Source: Escherichia phage vB_EcoM_Alf5. From it: a DNA stretch of 64,000 bases. A program made the translations under genes and the position numbers. The notes below the pieces were generated by a model that had not been told where the DNA came from, made no database searches, and worked only from the letters and a program-made list of their open reading frames with translations. Numbering within the stretch: the stretch's first letter is position 1; each line of letters starts with the position of its first letter. Below, piece by piece: positions 16,862 through 34,699 of this stretch. The DNA lies in the sequence record KX377933; one strand, given 5' to 3'.

Positions 16862-17260
16862 ATGAAAACAGAATCTAGAGTAATTAATGGTAAGAAAGTA
16901 AATATCGTTCTGCTTGGGGCAAGAGATGGTATTAAGATGTCTATGAAGTTGGGTAAGATTGTTGTCCCAACCTTTGCACAGATGCTATCAAGTCTGACTG
17001 ACAAGGGTAAGAAAGAAGCTCCAATGGTTCCATTTAAAGAACTTGTTGAAGCTTGTTTTGACAGAATTGAAGAAATTAACCTTGAAGAGATGGCTACCCT
17101 GCTGTTTCAAGGGGCAACTGTTGATGACTTCCCACTTAATATTGATACGTACTTCCAAGCAAACTACGGTGAGTTTATTGATTACTTAGCATTTGCGCTG
17201 GAGGCAAACTTCGGAAGTTTTTTCGAAGCAAGCATTTTCAAAAGCCTAACTTCTCAGTAA
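16862..17260 (+). CDS. tail assembly chaperone (putative)
   Basis: 132 aa ORF upstream of tape measure; slippery heptamer near its 3' end. Confidence 0.45.
   Translation: MKTESRVINGKKVNIVLLGARDGIKMSMKLGKIVVPTFAQMLSSLTDKGKKEAPMVPFKELVEACFDRIEEINLEEMATLLFQGATVDDFPLNIDTYFQANYGEFIDYLAFALEANFGSFFEASIFKSLTSQ
17218..17224 (+). promoter_or_regulatory. candidate -1 programmed frameshift site (T_TTT_TTC)
   Basis: Heptamer T TTT TTC in the zero frame of ORF 16862-17260; the -1 frame is open from here into ORF 17263-17502. Confidence 0.45.
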
Positions 17261-17262
17261 AC

Positions 17263-17501
17263 ATGGGTAACACTCTACAGACACCACTAACTGATGCTGC
17301 TGTAGAGGCAACCTATGAAGAAGCAGACGAGATGAAATTTGTGCTTGCTATTTATGGTATGGAAGGGTGTAAAGAAACACTTGACCAACTCTTTGCTATG
17401 ACATTCTCTGATTTATTATCATTGAGACAATTTCTTGAGATTCAGAGGTCGTATAAAGAGGAAATTGCTTACAACGAACTTAGAAGAGCAGGAAAAATGT
17501 A

Positions 17502-17502
<1 letters not shown>
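17263..17502 (+). CDS. tail assembly chaperone frameshift extension (putative)
   Basis: 79 aa ORF in the -1 frame relative to the upstream chaperone; ends at the tape measure start. Confidence 0.4.
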
Positions 17503-25503
<8,001 letters not shown>

Positions 25504-25505
25504 TA

Positions 25506-26654
25506 ATGGCAGTAGGTGAAATTCAAATTAGTGCCTTGCCTCAAGCAGCCTTACCAATTGACCTTAGTGATATCTTCCATCTTAAACAGGGTATCGAGGA
25601 TAAGAGATGTACTCTTGAGCAATTACTTGCTCCACACTCAAGCCTAAGAAATAACCCACATGGTGTTACTAAGACACAAATTGGTTTAGATAACGTTATT
25701 AATGCTCTCCAGTTAGTTGCTGAAAATAACTTATCAGATATTGTTAATGTAGCTGAGGCAAGAGCAAATCTACAGATTATGTCTTCAGAAGAGGTTAATA
25801 ATCTTATTCAACAGCATATTGATGATAAGAGCAACCCACACAATACTACTAAGGCACAGGTTGGGTTAAGCAATGTTCAGAACTGGGTGACATCTAACCT
25901 TTATAATGAGGATGCAGATAAGTATGCTACAGCAAGAGCAGTAAATAACTTGTACAAGGCTGTTCAGGCTTCTTATCCAGTAGGTACTATCCATCTCTCT
26001 ATGAATCCTGCAAACCCTTCTACATATTTAATTTGTGGAGGTACTTGGGAGTTAGTTTCAAAAGGAAGAGCACTTGTAGGTTATGATAGTGCTTCTAGGC
26101 CAGTTGGTTCAACGTTTGGTTCGCAGACTACTGCACTGACAGTTAACAACATTCCTGCACATACTCACTCAGTATACGTCACTGGTGGTGGTCACACACA
26201 CGGTGCAACGGCCTCTATCAGTGCTTTTGACTACGGTACTAAAGGGACTACAACGTTTGACTATGGAACAAAGACTGTATCTACTTATGACTATGGTAAC
26301 AGAACAACCAGTGCTGCTGGTTTAACACAAACAACATTCATTAATCGTGGTTATGCTGATGGTGGTTGGAGAGGTTTATCAGTTGAGGGGGCAAGCTATG
26401 ACCCAAGAGCTACGCTGACAACAGCTAACAACCACACTCACTCTGTAGCAATTGGTGCGCATAATCACACAGTGGGGATTGGTGCTCACAGCCATTCTGT
26501 TGCAATTGGTTCCCACAACCACTCAGCAACAGTAACAGTAACCGGAGCAGGTGAGCATTCGCACTCTGGCACAACTGGCACAACTGGTTCTGGTCAAGCG
26601 TTTAGCGTTGAACAGCCATCCTTCGTATTGTATGTATGGCAGAGAACAGCTTAA
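25506..26654 (+). CDS. tail fibre protein with His-rich C-terminal tip
   Basis: C-terminus has repeated HxH motifs ([37 protein letters not shown]) and ends ...GSGQAFSVEQPSFVLYVWQRTA. Confidence 0.6.
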   Translation: MAVGEIQISALPQAALPIDLSDIFHLKQGIEDKRCTLEQLLAPHSSLRNNPHGVTKTQIGLDNVINALQLVAENNLSDIVNVAEARANLQIMSSEEVNNLIQQHIDDKSNPHNTTKAQVGLSNVQNWVTSNLYNEDADKYATARAVNNLYKAVQASYPVGTIHLSMNPANPSTYLICGGTWELVSKGRALVGYDSASRPVGSTFGSQTTALTVNNIPAHTHSVYVTGGGHTHGATASISAFDYGTKGTTTFDYGTKTVSTYDYGNRTTSAAGLTQTTFINRGYADGGWRGLSVEGASYDPRATLTTANNHTHSVAIGAHNHTVGIGAHSHSVAIGSHNHSATVTVTGAGEHSHSGTTGTTGSGQAFSVEQPSFVLYVWQRTA

Positions 26655-26664
26655 TTTCTTTACA

Positions 26665-26686
26665 GGGGCTGTATAGCCCCTTTTAA
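26665..26686 (+). terminator. intrinsic terminator
   Basis: GGGGCT-GTAT-AGCCCC hairpin followed by TTTT. Confidence 0.6.
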
Positions 26687-26700
26687 GAGGAAAATTTATA

Positions 26701-29034
26701 ATGGCAGATTACAAGTTGAGTGAATTAAACTCAATTGATACAATTCGTTCAGACGACCTCCTTCATGTCAGGGTTAAAAAGAGACCTGAAATGCTGGGTG
26801 ATGAAGACCGTCGAATGACCTATCAAGACTTCTTAGCGTCTTTTAAACTAGAAAGATTTGTTCAGATTGCTGGTAGCACTATGACGGGTGACTTAGGGAT
26901 TGTTAAGTTACTTTATGGTGGTAAGGCAGTCTTTGACCCTACAGGCTCTTCTGAGATTACTATGGGGGATGTTTTAAAGACTTTTAAAATTAATGCAAAT
27001 GGTCTTAAACTAACTATTGCAGATGCTTCAAGGTCTGCAACTGTTTATCATACTCTTAATAAGCCAAGCCCTAATGAACTTGGGATGAGAACTAATGCTG
27101 AGAATGATGCTAGATATGCTAGATTAGAAGTACTAAATACTTTTAAGTCTAGGCAGACAATTGTAGCAGATGGTCAAGCACTGTTGTTAAGAAGTGCAAC
27201 TGATAGCCCTTCTCTCTATGTTAGAGGTCAAGACCCATCTGGAACTAATAAATGGTATGTTGGATTTAATACTTCAAATGTTCTTGGATTATCAAATGAA
27301 GCCTCTGGCACGACATTGACATTGGATTCAGCAGGTATTAATTCTAATAAGAATTTAAATATCACTGGTCAGGTTAAACCTTCAGACTGGTCTAACCTAG
27401 ATGATAGATACTTTACCCAAACATTGGCTAATCAAAGATTTGCACAGTTGGCTGGTAATAACACTTTTAACGGCACTAATACATTCAACCAACTGAGTGT
27501 TTTCAAAAAAGATGGTGAAGCAATTAGGCTACAGAATGCCAATGCTGCACAACCATTGTACATTAAAGCAATTGATAGCACAGGTGTCAACAGATGGTAC
27601 ATTGGTAATAGTAACGAAGGTGATAACGTAGCTCTAGAAAACTACAAAACTAGTGGCAAGATTACTGTAGGGACAAGTGTTAATATCAATAAAACACTAA
27701 CTGTAACTGGTCAAGTTCAACCTTCAGATTGGACTAACATTGACTCTAGATATATTCCGGCAGCAACATTAAGCACTCTTGCAAAAATTAATGCTAAGAA
27801 TACTTTTTCTCAAGGTCAGATTATTAAGGCTGATGGAGAGGGTATTAGGCTTCAAGGGGTAAATGATACTGGTGGTTTGTTCTTGCAAGGTTATACTTCT
27901 GATGGTGCTAAAAAGTGGTTTATGGGTACTAATGCTTCAGGAAACTTTACTATCAGGGAGATGGTGTTAGGTACTGAACTGTCTCTTAGAGAGAACTATA
28001 TCCAGTTTAATAAGAATGTAACAATCACTGGGCAGGTTCAACCATCAGACTGGACTAACCTAGATAAAAGGTACTATACCGGTTCAGCATCAAACGCCAG
28101 ATACATGTATGCAGGAAAAACTGGTGAAGGTGATAATGATGCTGCTATTGCTTGGGATGCTAAGACAGGGCTGTATAATGTCAAGACTGGAGCTACATCA
28201 TCAAATCTTTTACTTCAGTTATATCAGGGGTCTGAGTCATCTACACCGTCTGCGCAGCTAAGATTTAAATGGGCGAATGGTGGTATGTGGTATAGGACAT
28301 CAAGAGATGGTGTTGGCTTTGAGAAAAGTTGGGCTATGGTGTACACAACTGCACAGAAGCCAACCCCTTCAGATATTGGTGCATACACTAAAGCAGAAAC
28401 TGACCAGAAGATTGCACAGGCAGTAAGTGATTCAACAGACCTTAATAAAATCTACCCTGTTGGTATTGTAACGTGGTTTAACAGTAACGTTAACCCTAAT
28501 ACAGCACTGCCTGGTCTAACTTGGACGTACCTTAACAATGGTGTAGGTAGAACAATCAGGATTGCAGCAGCTAACGGTTCAGATGTTGCTACAACTGGTG
28601 GTTCAGATTCTGTAACGTTATCTGTTGGTAACTTACCTTCACACACACACAGTTTTTCTGCTACTACTTCGTCTTTTGACTACGGAACAAAAAACACTAA
28701 CACGACTGGTGCTCACACACACTCTGTAAGTGGTTCTACTTCATCTGCTGGTAACCACAGCCACTCTATTTCGTGGATTGGTCAGAACTCACAGCACTAT
28801 TCCGGTGGTGGTGGTGGTTACATTGGTACAGGGCCGGGTTACACCGATGCTAACGGTGCTCACACCCACTCTGTAAGTGGTACTGCCGCTTCTGCTGGTA
28901 ACCATGCTCACAGTGTTGGTATTGGTGCTCACAGTCATACAGTTAGTGGTAACACTGGTGGTACAGGTTCTGGTTCAGCATTTAGTGTTACTAACCAGTT
29001 CTATAAGTTAATGGCTTGGGTGAGGACTGCTTAA
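26701..29034 (+). CDS. tail fibre protein with tandem repeats and His-rich tip
   Basis: 777 aa; three ~110-aa tandem repeats each ending [IV]TGQV[KQ]PSDW[ST]N[LI]D.RY; C-terminal HxH repeats and tail ...[22 protein letters not shown], paralogous to 25506-26654. Confidence 0.65.
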   Translation: MADYKLSELNSIDTIRSDDLLHVRVKKRPEMLGDEDRRMTYQDFLASFKLERFVQIAGSTMTGDLGIVKLLYGGKAVFDPTGSSEITMGDVLKTFKINANGLKLTIADASRSATVYHTLNKPSPNELGMRTNAENDARYARLEVLNTFKSRQTIVADGQALLLRSATDSPSLYVRGQDPSGTNKWYVGFNTSNVLGLSNEASGTTLTLDSAGINSNKNLNITGQVKPSDWSNLDDRYFTQTLANQRFAQLAGNNTFNGTNTFNQLSVFKKDGEAIRLQNANAAQPLYIKAIDSTGVNRWYIGNSNEGDNVALENYKTSGKITVGTSVNINKTLTVTGQVQPSDWTNIDSRYIPAATLSTLAKINAKNTFSQGQIIKADGEGIRLQGVNDTGGLFLQGYTSDGAKKWFMGTNASGNFTIREMVLGTELSLRENYIQFNKNVTITGQVQPSDWTNLDKRYYTGSASNARYMYAGKTGEGDNDAAIAWDAKTGLYNVKTGATSSNLLLQLYQGSESSTPSAQLRFKWANGGMWYRTSRDGVGFEKSWAMVYTTAQKPTPSDIGAYTKAETDQKIAQAVSDSTDLNKIYPVGIVTWFNSNVNPNTALPGLTWTYLNNGVGRTIRIAAANGSDVATTGGSDSVTLSVGNLPSHTHSFSATTSSFDYGTKNTNTTGAHTHSVSGSTSSAGNHSHSISWIGQNSQHYSGGGGGYIGTGPGYTDANGAHTHSVSGTAASAGNHAHSVGIGAHSHTVSGNTGGTGSGSAFSVTNQFYKLMAWVRTA

Positions 29035-29041
29035 TCCCTTA

Positions 29042-29070
29042 TTGACTGATTGTTAAGATGGTGTTAATAT
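29042..29070 (+). promoter_or_regulatory. sigma70-like promoter (TTGACT-17-TAATAT)
   Basis: TTGACT 29042-29047, 17-nt spacer, TAATAT 29065-29070, upstream of the ORF at 29114. Confidence 0.5.
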
Positions 29071-29113
29071 TCTTTATAAGTATTCTCACCATCTTGGCTG
29101 ATGAGGTGATTAA

Positions 29114-29308
29114 ATGCCTACAATCCTAGCAATTCTCCTAAAAAATCTAGGTAGTTTCTTCTGGAAACTCATTTTATCTCTTCTAAGTGAATACATGATT
29201 GAGAAAGTGTTCTTTAAGCTTGCAAGATACCTTGCGGGTAAGACAGACACGCCTATTGATGATGAATTCGTAGATAACTTAGAAAAAGCTTTTAAGGGGG
29301 AGAAATAA
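29114..29308 (+). CDS. small hydrophobic protein (holin-like candidate)
   Basis: 64 aa; hydrophobic N-terminus ILAILLKNLGSFFWKLILSLL; follows promoter at 29042. Confidence 0.35.
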   Translation: MPTILAILLKNLGSFFWKLILSLLSEYMIEKVFFKLARYLAGKTDTPIDDEFVDNLEKAFKGEK

Positions 29309-29680
29309 ATGAAGTGGATAGAGGAAGCTTTTAAAAATAATATTGGTGCAATTGTTGTTGGTATTTTTAGTGTTATTGGGATGTATACCACGAAGCAAGT
29401 TTCAAGTGGTAAGCAAGAGGTGTCTGTCACAACAAAATTACAGCAGCTAGATAATTATAGCAAATCTAATTACTCAGCTATTCGTGATTTACAGTCTGAC
29501 ATAAGACTTATTCAGTTAGGGATGGAGAACCAGAAAGTTCAGTTAGAGAATGTTAAGGGTGAGAATGCAAAACTTACCAAAACTCTTGATAAATTCTCTG
29601 ACAGTGTGAATAATCTGGCTCAATCAGTATCAGCCCTCCAAGCTATTACTGAAAAGAACACAAAGAATACTGAAAAATAA
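29309..29680 (+). CDS. membrane-anchored coiled-coil protein
   Basis: 123 aa; N-terminal helix IGAIVVGIFSVIGMY then heptad-like Q/L/N-rich region. Confidence 0.4.
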   Translation: MKWIEEAFKNNIGAIVVGIFSVIGMYTTKQVSSGKQEVSVTTKLQQLDNYSKSNYSAIRDLQSDIRLIQLGMENQKVQLENVKGENAKLTKTLDKFSDSVNNLAQSVSALQAITEKNTKNTEK

Positions 29681-29682
29681 AA

Positions 29683-29722
29683 TTTAAGGCTCCTTTTTAC
29701 GGGAGCCTTTTTTTTTTTTTTG
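29683..29722. terminator. bidirectional intrinsic terminator between convergent genes
   Basis: GGCTCC-TTTTTAC-GGGAGCC hairpin flanked by a 14-nt T-run; lies between plus-strand stop 29680 and minus-strand stop 29725. Confidence 0.7.
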
Positions 29723-29724
29723 TT

Positions 29725-30624
29725 TTACTTACCTACTGACAGAGGTGCTTCAATCTTTCCTGCATGTTGGTAGTTGCTAATACCACCAATAAAATCACTT
29801 GCGGTAAGGTGTTTTAGGTCACTTATCGTGTTAAGCTGCACACCAATCTCAAAAGTAGGCGCATGGAACTCTTTATTGTTCATCAGTTCATAAACCTGCT
29901 TCATATGGTTCTGATAAATCTGAGTATCCCCAAAGACACCTATCAAGTACCGTGGAGTATATCCAGTCATCTTGCAAAGTACTTCCAGAATAAAACCATA
30001 AGATGCAATGTTAAATGGAAGACCTAAAAAGGTGTCTACAGAACGTTGATACCATTGTAAGTCAACTTCACCCTCGTTAGTGATATAAATCTGAAACAGA
30101 ACATGACAAGGTGCTAAAGCCATCGAGTTGGCTGCAATATCTGCTGCATTCCAAGCATTAACAAGCATGTAACGGTCTGTGATATCACCTTTCATCTTCG
30201 TTACTAAGGTCTCTAACTGGTCTACAACACAACCGTTATGACCTTCAAAGTTTCTCCACTGAACCCCGTAGATTCTACCACCTGCATCTTCTAACCAGTC
30301 TTGTTCAGAAGAATAGTTAGAGCTTAACCAACGTTTAAAATCATCTGACCAGATAGTCCAGCGTTCCCCATCATTTTCACCCCAAGTACGGTAGCGGAGT
30401 TCACCAAGTTTATTCTCACCATTCAGGAACCATAAAGCCTCCCCAATGACTTGCCGCGTAAACACCTGTTTAGATGTTAAGAGTGGGAAACCAGTTCTCA
30501 TATCAAAACGAAATTGTGGTGGAGCAAATGCAGAGATAACATCTCCAGTTCGTGTAGTACGCAGTTCACCAACTGATAAAACATGGTTCAGGATATTTTT
30601 GTAGCTTGTATCTGCTTGTGACAT
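29725..30624 (-). CDS. thyA: thymidylate synthase
   Basis: 299 aa with the conserved active-site stretch MALAPCHVLFQIYI. Confidence 0.85.
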   Translation of the reverse strand: MSQADTSYKNILNHVLSVGELRTTRTGDVISAFAPPQFRFDMRTGFPLLTSKQVFTRQVIGEALWFLNGENKLGELRYRTWGENDGERWTIWSDDFKRWLSSNYSSEQDWLEDAGGRIYGVQWRNFEGHNGCVVDQLETLVTKMKGDITDRYMLVNAWNAADIAANSMALAPCHVLFQIYITNEGEVDLQWYQRSVDTFLGLPFNIASYGFILEVLCKMTGYTPRYLIGVFGDTQIYQNHMKQVYELMNNKEFHAPTFEIGVQLNTISDLKHLTASDFIGGISNYQHAGKIEAPLSVGK

Positions 30625-30625
30625 A

Positions 30626-31171
30626 TTAAAAGTGCCCTTTTACTTGTGGAACATAGATTTCAAAAGTTGCTTTACCATCCTCTGATGGTTTTGACTGTAC
30701 CTTTGTAAACACACGGTTATCATACAGCTTCTCAAAGAAGTTTTCAAAAGGTAAATGCACAGTGGCCTCTTCAGTAACTTTATGGAAAACAGTATGGAAC
30801 ACCACACTAGCATACGGTAAAGCATTGACAAGGATACCTGCACCACCAATTACAAAGACATCTTCATCAATAGAGCTATCAAGATACTTCAAAAATGCTC
30901 CAAATGACTCTTTACTGGCTTTAGCATACATTACATCATCTTTGCCAAAGTCTATGCCTAAGTATGGTACAGAATTTGTTAAGATGAGGTTTGCACGTTC
31001 TGGTAAAGGTTTACTACCCAGAGTCTTAAAAGTCTTATTACCCATGACTACTAAGTTATTTTTAGTGAGTCTCTTAAACTCTTGCATGTCCTGTTTATGT
31101 CGAGGCCACGGCATACCAGTCGGTGTACCAAATTCACCGTTTTCACCACTTGCAAATATTAGTTTAATCAT
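30626..31171 (-). CDS. frd: dihydrofolate reductase
   Basis: 181 aa; N-terminus MIKLIFA...GMPW..., VVMGNKTF motif; adjacent to thyA. Confidence 0.8.
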   Translation of the reverse strand: MIKLIFASGENGEFGTPTGMPWPRHKQDMQEFKRLTKNNLVVMGNKTFKTLGSKPLPERANLILTNSVPYLGIDFGKDDVMYAKASKESFGAFLKYLDSSIDEDVFVIGGAGILVNALPYASVVFHTVFHKVTEEATVHLPFENFFEKLYDNRVFTKVQSKPSEDGKATFEIYVPQVKGHF

Positions 31172-31428
31172 TTTGTAAACCCTTTCTTAATGAACCAGTT
31201 GATGACACTCTTCACAAATTTACTACGATGGTAGATAAAATGTGGAGAGGGTTGGTATGAACCATAAGCCCAGAAAGCGATAATTTCATTACACCCTGTG
31301 CATCGGGTACTTTCTTCAGCAATATGACCGTTGACTATTTCACTTACCTCACCTTGTAAGTCTGTACACCCACAATGTGGACATCGGATAGGTGTTCCAT
31401 CAGACTCATAGCAGTGTTCAATTTTCAT
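31168..31428 (-). CDS. small zinc-ribbon protein
   Basis: 86 aa with CPHCGC...CTGC Cys pairs. Confidence 0.45.
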   Translation of the reverse strand: MKIEHCYESDGTPIRCPHCGCTDLQGEVSEIVNGHIAEESTRCTGCNEIIAFWAYGSYQPSPHFIYHRSKFVKSVINWFIKKGFTK

Positions 31429-31944
31429 TTATTTAACCTCAAAAACTGGCTCAAGAACCAATATAAAGTCTACACAGTCATCTTCTTCATCCAGAATACC
31501 ATCAAAGTTCTTAGGAACGAAGTCGAAGAGGCTCATAACAAAGCAGTCAGAAGTGACCTTGATAGTTCCTCCCATGTTCTCTACAGTCAACACTGTACGA
31601 CTTTCTTTTACCTCCCTCAGAAGATTACCCACAAAGTCGTCTAAGAAGTACTTCATCAGTGACTTGAAACCTTTAGGGTAATCTGTACCAGAGTATGTTT
31701 CAATCTGAGGAACAAGCTTAACATTTATACTAGTCTTTGTTAAGAACGTTTTAGAGAACATACTATCAGGTAACTTACAAACAGTCTTTCCAGTACCTTC
31801 ATGCTCAATCTCAACAAAACCAGCTTCGTCGCCACATGTAACTATTTTAAAAGATGCTTCATTCTCATACTGTGAAGCCATAAACTTTTTAAGCATCTCT
31901 TTAAGGAAGTCTGCATGAGCATCTTGTAAGAAGATATCAATCAT
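31429..31944 (-). CDS. hypothetical protein
   Basis: 171 aa ORF tightly packed in the minus-strand operon. Confidence 0.45.
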   Translation of the reverse strand: MIDIFLQDAHADFLKEMLKKFMASQYENEASFKIVTCGDEAGFVEIEHEGTGKTVCKLPDSMFSKTFLTKTSINVKLVPQIETYSGTDYPKGFKSLMKYFLDDFVGNLLREVKESRTVLTVENMGGTIKVTSDCFVMSLFDFVPKNFDGILDEEDDCVDFILVLEPVFEVK

Positions 31945-31957
31945 AGTTAATCACCTA

Positions 31958-32317
31958 TTATGGGAACAAACACTTAATGTCATCGTTTTTGAAAACAAAA
32001 CTTGTGTAATTATGACCATCAACATCCAGCCAAACAGCCTGAACATCTACACCATCAAGATTTTGGTAAAGCTCTTTGATGAAGTGGTCTTTTACAATCT
32101 GACTGCTAGTTGTTTCCAACTTAATGTTCGAGATTGCTGAACCTACAGCCATATAGCCCATGACACGTTTCTTCTCAGTATGCTTAATCTTACCATCTTT
32201 GTAAGCCATAATGAGATTGGAAAGAATCTTTACACCGTAATACTTTTCAAGGTGAGTAGGTACACCATAAAAGCCTAATGCGAAGTTTTCAGAGTGGATA
32301 ATGTTTTCACGTTTCAT
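31958..32317 (-). CDS. hypothetical protein
   Basis: 119 aa ORF in the same operon. Confidence 0.45.
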   Translation of the reverse strand: MKRENIIHSENFALGFYGVPTHLEKYYGVKILSNLIMAYKDGKIKHTEKKRVMGYMAVGSAISNIKLETTSSQIVKDHFIKELYQNLDGVDVQAVWLDVDGHNYTSFVFKNDDIKCLFP

Positions 32318-32318
32318 A

Positions 32319-32648
32319 CTAGTCTGCCAACCTTAAATTGAAATTAACACCAAATTTTTCACATACTTCCAACATATACTCAAGGGAAACATTACCAGTG
32401 AGGTGGATTATGTTGGATACACGAGCCTGAGAGATACCACAAATTTTAGCAACTTGCTCTTGAGAAAGACCTCTTGATTTAATCTCTCTCTTAAAACGAT
32501 GTGCAACGAAGTCTCTCATTTCATCTACATCCATTGGACAAATATAACTCTCCATTTCAGCCTCTCTATCAGCCTCCCAATCATCTTGTGGGGCATAAGG
32601 GTCAAAAACCTCATTCATCTTTCTTCTTCCGTTTGCGTGAAGTGTCAA
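32319..32648 (-). CDS. helix-turn-helix DNA-binding protein (XRE-like)
   Basis: C-terminal HTH-like stretch LSQEQVAKICGISQARVSNI; acidic N-terminus. Confidence 0.5.
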   Translation of the reverse strand: MTLHANGRRKMNEVFDPYAPQDDWEADREAEMESYICPMDVDEMRDFVAHRFKREIKSRGLSQEQVAKICGISQARVSNIIHLTGNVSLEYMLEVCEKFGVNFNLRLAD

Positions 32649-32823
32649 TCAATGAATCTATGTTTGTAGCCCTAACCTTTTCACGTTCATCATTAAGATA
32701 ATCGTCAAGAGCCTTTTCAATCTGTGAATCATCTTGACAGATGACTGTAAAGACTGTAAAGCCGTCTGTATCGTCAATTATCTTACCATAACCGCTTCTG
32801 GGATGTAACTTTTTAAGAGCCAT
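32611..32823 (-). CDS. hypothetical small protein
   Basis: 70 aa ORF overlapping the downstream gene start. Confidence 0.35.
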   Translation of the reverse strand: MALKKLHPRSGYGKIIDDTDGFTVFTVICQDDSQIEKALDDYLNDEREKVRATNIDSLIDTSRKRKKKDE

Positions 32824-32824
32824 A

Positions 32825-33208
32825 TTAGATACCTGTGCAGCTTCTGTTTTCTAAGAAATACTCAACACCATACATAGCTTTTTGCATCAAATCTTCTTTA
32901 AACTGGATACGATGGTTGAGCATAGCCTGTACATCAATATCATCATGGTGCTTCTCTTTAATATTTGCAGATTGCAGGAAATACTCTGCAAGAACGCGAT
33001 ACTGGTAGTCAGTTACCTTATCAGTCATCTCTGTCAAAGACTCTTCAGAGATTGGTTTAAGTAGCTCACCATTAGCTAGAGCAACACCTTTTACAATCTG
33101 GCAAGTATCCTCTGGAACACCTGATAAGTCCACATTTGGAAGTTCTGTTGCATTGACTGGTAAATTCATTGCCATAACCATTGCAGCAGCTAATAAAATC
33201 TTTTTCAT
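32825..33208 (-). CDS. secreted/periplasmic protein (signal peptide)
   Basis: N-terminus MKKILLAAAMVMAMNLPVNA looks like a cleavable signal peptide. Confidence 0.5.
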   Translation of the reverse strand: MKKILLAAAMVMAMNLPVNATELPNVDLSGVPEDTCQIVKGVALANGELLKPISEESLTEMTDKVTDYQYRVLAEYFLQSANIKEKHHDDIDVQAMLNHRIQFKEDLMQKAMYGVEYFLENRSCTGI

Positions 33209-33299
33209 AATGACCTCAAAGTTATATTAAATTTTGTATTACATTGAGTATAAAAATAAGCTATAACACCTGACTTGTCAACAGATTTTATAGCTTATT

Positions 33300-33600
33300 T
33301 GGCAGATTTTTTATAAGGCTACTGCCATCCTTCCATACCTTACCTTACCACACCTAACCATACCTAACCAAACTACACCATACAATACCTTGTTAAAAGA
33401 CCCTCTTAAAGACCTTTTAAAAAGGTAAGTCTCATTTTAATGTAGCTGAGACTAACTACCCGCACCTTACATCGCCATACCCAACCAAACCCAACCAGAC
33501 CGCACCTTACAGCGCCTAACCTTACCTGACCGAACCATACCTTATTAAAAGACCCTCTTAAAGACCTTTTAAAAAGGAGCCTCCGAAGAGGCTGCCTAGT
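33300..33600. repeat. composite repeat element, copy set 1
   Basis: Two G-free C-rich blocks with CC-heptamers every ~10 bp (33323-33393, 33462-33543), each followed by the 33-mer TTAAAAGACCCTCTTAAAGACCTTTTAAAAAGG (33393-33425, 33545-33577); hairpin AGTCTC/GAGACT at 33425-33461. Confidence 0.7.
33577..33600 (-). terminator. intrinsic terminator (minus strand)
   Basis: On the minus strand GCCTC-TTCG-GAGGC hairpin followed by a T-run, just after the stop of gene 33605-34045. Confidence 0.55.
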
Positions 33601-33604
33601 CAAC

Positions 33605-34045
33605 TTAGAAAGGTTTTCTACGTTGCTTGTTAATGTTAGCCTTCATAGCAGCTAAATGGTTTTGCTGTTCAATCAGTCGTGAACGTTCTTGATGGCTAAG
33701 TGCCATAGTGTTCACATTCTCAATCGCTTGAGTGGCTTGCTTTAAAGCTCGACCAATCTTACCAGACATTTTACGTTTTGCAATAGTTGCTTGATGCTTA
33801 GGTTCAACCACACGATAACCAACACCCATTGAAGCAACCAGATAAATCTTCTCTTCTTTAAGAAGCTTCTCAATAAACTTCTCAAGTCGGTTTAGACGTG
33901 TAAGCGCATAAGCCTTCATTTCATCTTCGTACTTAACAATGTCACCTTGATAAGTTGGCTTCACAATACCTAAGAAGGTGTCCATCTCAGAATGTGATAC
34001 AGTGTCACCGTAACTAAACTTTGCTGCTAATGCTTTCGTATTCAT
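33605..34045 (-). CDS. hypothetical protein
   Basis: 146 aa ORF; basic C-terminus. Confidence 0.45.
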   Translation of the reverse strand: MNTKALAAKFSYGDTVSHSEMDTFLGIVKPTYQGDIVKYEDEMKAYALTRLNRLEKFIEKLLKEEKIYLVASMGVGYRVVEPKHQATIAKRKMSGKIGRALKQATQAIENVNTMALSHQERSRLIEQQNHLAAMKANINKQRRKPF

Positions 34046-34047
34046 AA

Positions 34048-34653
<606 letters not shown>

Positions 34654-34699
34654 TTAGTTGATTGTTAAGTTGTTTGTAAAGAACCCTCAACAGAAGACT

